Assembly: GCA_964057225.1 (NCBI GenBank)
Contig: OZ059898.1
Coordinates: 14,694,001 to 14,758,000, forward strand
Source of the DNA: Auanema rhodensis
Taxonomy: Eukaryota > Animalia > Nematoda
Length of the DNA stretch: 64,000 nt
Direction of reading: 5' to 3'
The translations under genes and the position numbers were made by a program. The notes under the pieces are model-generated. The model was not told where the DNA came from and did no database searches. It saw nothing but the letters and a program-made list of their open reading frames with translations. Shown piece after piece: positions 60,501 to 64,000 of this stretch (the stretch's first letter is position 1; each line of letters begins with the position of its first letter).

Positions 60501-63500
60501 TACGGGACCAATTCATCATTGTTACTTCCCTTGTTCCTTACTCACTTCCTCGAGGTAAATGATAGGAGAAGTAGTATCATAAGAACAGTTAACGTGTCCC
60601 ATGTGGTCTAGTGGTTAGGATTCGTGGTTTTCACCCACGCGGCCCGGGTTCGATTCCCGTCATGGGAAGCCATCTTTTGGCATCTTCTCTTCTGAATTTC
60701 CATATTTTGAAATCAGCTCTCTTCTAAATCTCTTTTCTGCTTTTAATCTTATTCTTAGAAGTTAATACGGGACCAATTCATCATTGTTACTTCCCTTGTT
60801 TCTTACTCACTTCCTCGAGGTAAATGATAGAAGAAGTAGTATCATAAGAACAGTTAACGTGTCCCATGTGGTCTAGTGGTTAGGATTCGTGGTTTTCACC
60901 CACGCGGCCCGGGTTCGATTCCCGGCATGGGAAGCCATCTTTTGGCATCTTCTCTTCTGAATTTCCATATTCTGAAATCAGCTCTCTTCTAAATCTCTTT
61001 TCTGCTTTTAATCTTATTCTTAGAAGTTAATACGGGACCAATTCATCATTGTTACTTCCCTTGTTCCTTACGCACTTCCTCGAGGTAAATGATAGGAGAA
61101 GTAGTATCATAAGAACAGTTAACGTGTCCCATGTGGTCTAGTGGTTAGGATTCGTGGTTTTCACCCACGCGGCCCGGGTTCGATTCCCGGCATGGGAAGC
61201 CATCTTTTGGCATCTTCTCTTCTGAATTTCCACATTTTGAAATCAGCTCTCTTCTAAATCTCTTTTCTGCTTTTAATCGTTTTGTTAAAAGTTAATACGG
61301 GGCCGATTCATCGTTGTTACTTCCCTTGTTGCTTATTCACTTCCTCGAGGTAAATGATAGAAGAAGTAGTATCATAAGAACAGTTAACGTGTCCCATGTG
61401 GTCTAGTGGTTAGGATTCGTGGTTTTCACCCACGCGGCCCGGGTTCGATTCCCGGCATGGGAAGCCATCTTTTGGCATCTTCTCTTCTGAATTTCCACAT
61501 TTTGAAATCAGCTCTCTTCTAAATCTCTTTTCTGCTTTTAATCGTTTTGTTAAAAGTTAATACGGGGCCGATTCATCGTTGTTACTTCCCTTGTTGCTTA
61601 TTCACTTCCTCGAGGTAAATGATAGAAGAAGTAGTATCATAAGAACAGTTAACGTGTCCCATGTGGTCTAGTGGTTAGGATTCGTGGTTTTCACCCACGC
61701 GGCCCGGGTTCGATTCCCGGCATGGGAAGCCATCTTTTGGCATCTTCTCTTCTGAATTTCCACATTTTGAAATCAGCTCTCTTCTAAATCTCTTTTCTGC
61801 TTTTAATCGTTTTGTTAGAAGTTAATACGGGGCCGATTCGTTGTTGTTACTTCCCTTGTTGCTTACTCACTTCCTCGAGGTAAATGATAGAAGAAGTAGT
61901 ATCATAAGAACAGTTAACGTGTCCCATGTGGTCTAGTGGTTAGGATTCGTGGTTTTCACCCACGCGGCCCGGGTTCGATTCCCGGCATGGGAAGCCATCT
62001 TTTGGCATCTTCTCTTCTGAATTTCCACATTTTGAAATCAGCTCTCTTCTAAATCTCTTTTCTGCTTTTAATCGTTTTGTTAGAAGTTAATACGGGGCCG
62101 ATTCGTTGTTGTTACTTTCCTTGTTCCTTATTCACTTCCTCGAGGTAAATGATAGAAGAAGTAGTATCATAAGAACAGTTAACGTGTCCCATGTGGTCTA
62201 GTGGTTAGGATTCGTGGTTTTCACCCACGCGGCCCGGGTTCGATTCCCGGCATGGGAAGCCATCTTTTGGCATCTTCTCTTCTGAATTTCCACATTTTGA
62301 AATCAGCTCTCTTCTAAATCTCTTTTCTGCTTTTAATCTTATTCTTAGAAGTTAATACGGGACCAATTCATCATTGTTACTTCCCTTGTTCCTTACTCAC
62401 TTCCTCGAGGTAAATGATAGAAGAAGTAGTATCATAAGAACAGTTAACGTGTCCCATGTGGTCTAGTGGTTAGGATTCGTGGTTTTCACCCACGCGGCCC
62501 GGGTTCGATTCCCGGCATGGGAAGCCATCTTTTGGCATCTTCTCTTCTGAATTTCCATATTTTGAAATCAGCTCTCTTCTAAATCTCTTTTCTGCTTTTA
62601 ATCTTATTCTTAGAAGTTAATACGGGACCAATTCATCATTGTTACTTCCCTTGTTCCTTACTCACTTCCTCGAGGTAAATGATAGGAGAAGTAGTATCAT
62701 AAGAACAGTTAACGTGTCCCATGTGGTCTAGTGGTTAGGATTCGTGGTTTTCACCCACGCGGCCCGGGTTCGATTCCCGGCATGGGAAGCCATCTTTTGG
62801 CATCTTCTCTTCTGAATTTCCATATTTTGAAATCAGCTCTCTTCTAAATCTCTTTTCTGCTTTTAATCTTATTCTTAGAAGTTAATACGGGACCAATTCA
62901 TCATTGTTACTTCCCTTGTTCCTTACTCACTTCCTCGAGGTAAATTATAGAAGAAGTAGTATCATAAGAACAGTTAACGTGTCCCATGTGGTCTAGTGGT
63001 TAGGAATCGTGGTTTTCACCCACGCGGCCCGGGTTCGATTCCCGGCATGGGAAGCCATCTTTTGGCATCTTCTCTTCTGAATTTCCATATTTTGAAATTA
63101 GCTCTCTTCTAAATCTCTTTTCTGCTTTTAATCTTATTCTTAGAAGTTAATACGAGACCAATTCATCATTGTTACTTCCCTTGTTTCTTACTCACTTCCT
63201 CGAGGTAAATGATAGAAGAAGTAGTATCATAAGAACAGTTAACGTGTCCCATGTGGTCTAGTGGTTAGGATTCGTGGTTTTCACCCACGCGGCCCGGGTT
63301 CGATTCCCGGCATGGGAAGCCATCTTTTGGCATCTTCTCTTCTGAATTTCCATATTTTGAAATCAGCTCTCTTCTAAATCTCTTTTCTGCTTTTAATCTT
63401 ATTCTTAGAAGTTAATACGGGACCAATTCATCATTGTTACTTCCCTTGTTTCTTACTCACTTCCTCGAGGTAAATGATAGAAGAAGTAGTATCATAAGAA

Positions 63501-64000
63501 CAGTTAACGTGTCCCATGTGGTCTAGTGGTTAGGATTCGTGGTTTTCACCCACGCGGCCCGGGTTCGATTCCCGGCATGGGAAGCCATCTTTTGGCATCT
63601 TCTCTTCTGAATTTCCATATTTTGAAATCAGCTCTCTTCTAAATCTCTTTTCTGCTTTTAATCTTATTCTTAGAAGTTAATACGGGACCAATTCATCATT
63701 GTTACTTCCCTTGTTCCTTACGCACTTCCTCGAGGTAAATGATAGGAGAAGTAGTATCATAAGAACAGTTAACGTGTCCCATGTGGTCTAGTGGTTAGGA
63801 TTCGTGGTTTTCACCCACGCGGCCCGGGTTCGATTCCCGGCATGGGAAGCCATCTTTTGGCATCTTCTCTTCTGAATTTCCACATTTTGAAATCAGCTCT
63901 CTTCTAAATCTCTTTTCTGCTTTTAATCGTTTTGTTAAAAGTTAATACGGGGCCGATTCATCGTTGTTACTTCCCTTGTTGCTTATTCACTTCCTCGAGG
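48534..64000 (+). repeat. tRNA-Glu array, block 5 (58 uninterrupted genes from 48672+265k to 63777; runs off the window end)
   Basis: Same 265-bp unit. Confidence 0.98.

Overview
Eukaryotic DNA, most likely from a nematode. The window is a 265-bp tandem array in which every unit carries one + strand tRNA-Glu(TTC) gene (148 uninterrupted copies and 2 split copies by my count). Four recent LTR retroelements interrupt it. E1 (7781-17908, +) is a Ty3/Gypsy element with a herpes-gB/class III-like envelope placed between gag and pol in what was one polyprotein; its env carries one frameshift and one stop, its LTRs end TG..CG, and its PBS matches tRNA-Gln. E2 (19275-21975, -) and E4 (44971-48533, -) are two copies of a non-autonomous family with CG..CG 345-bp LTRs, the same tRNA-Gln PBS and a structured U5. 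They carry an antisense cargo gene that is only about 47% identical in protein between two otherwise near-identical elements. E3 (25190-32959, -) is a BEL/Pao derivative with a tRNA-Gly PBS. It lacks PR/RT/RNase H/integrase core, keeps an uninterrupted phlebovirus-like Gn/Gc envelope region and a 3' zinc-knuckle ORF, and is inserted without a target-site duplication. All alignments and counts were done by eye, and family assignments come from motif recognition, not database searches.
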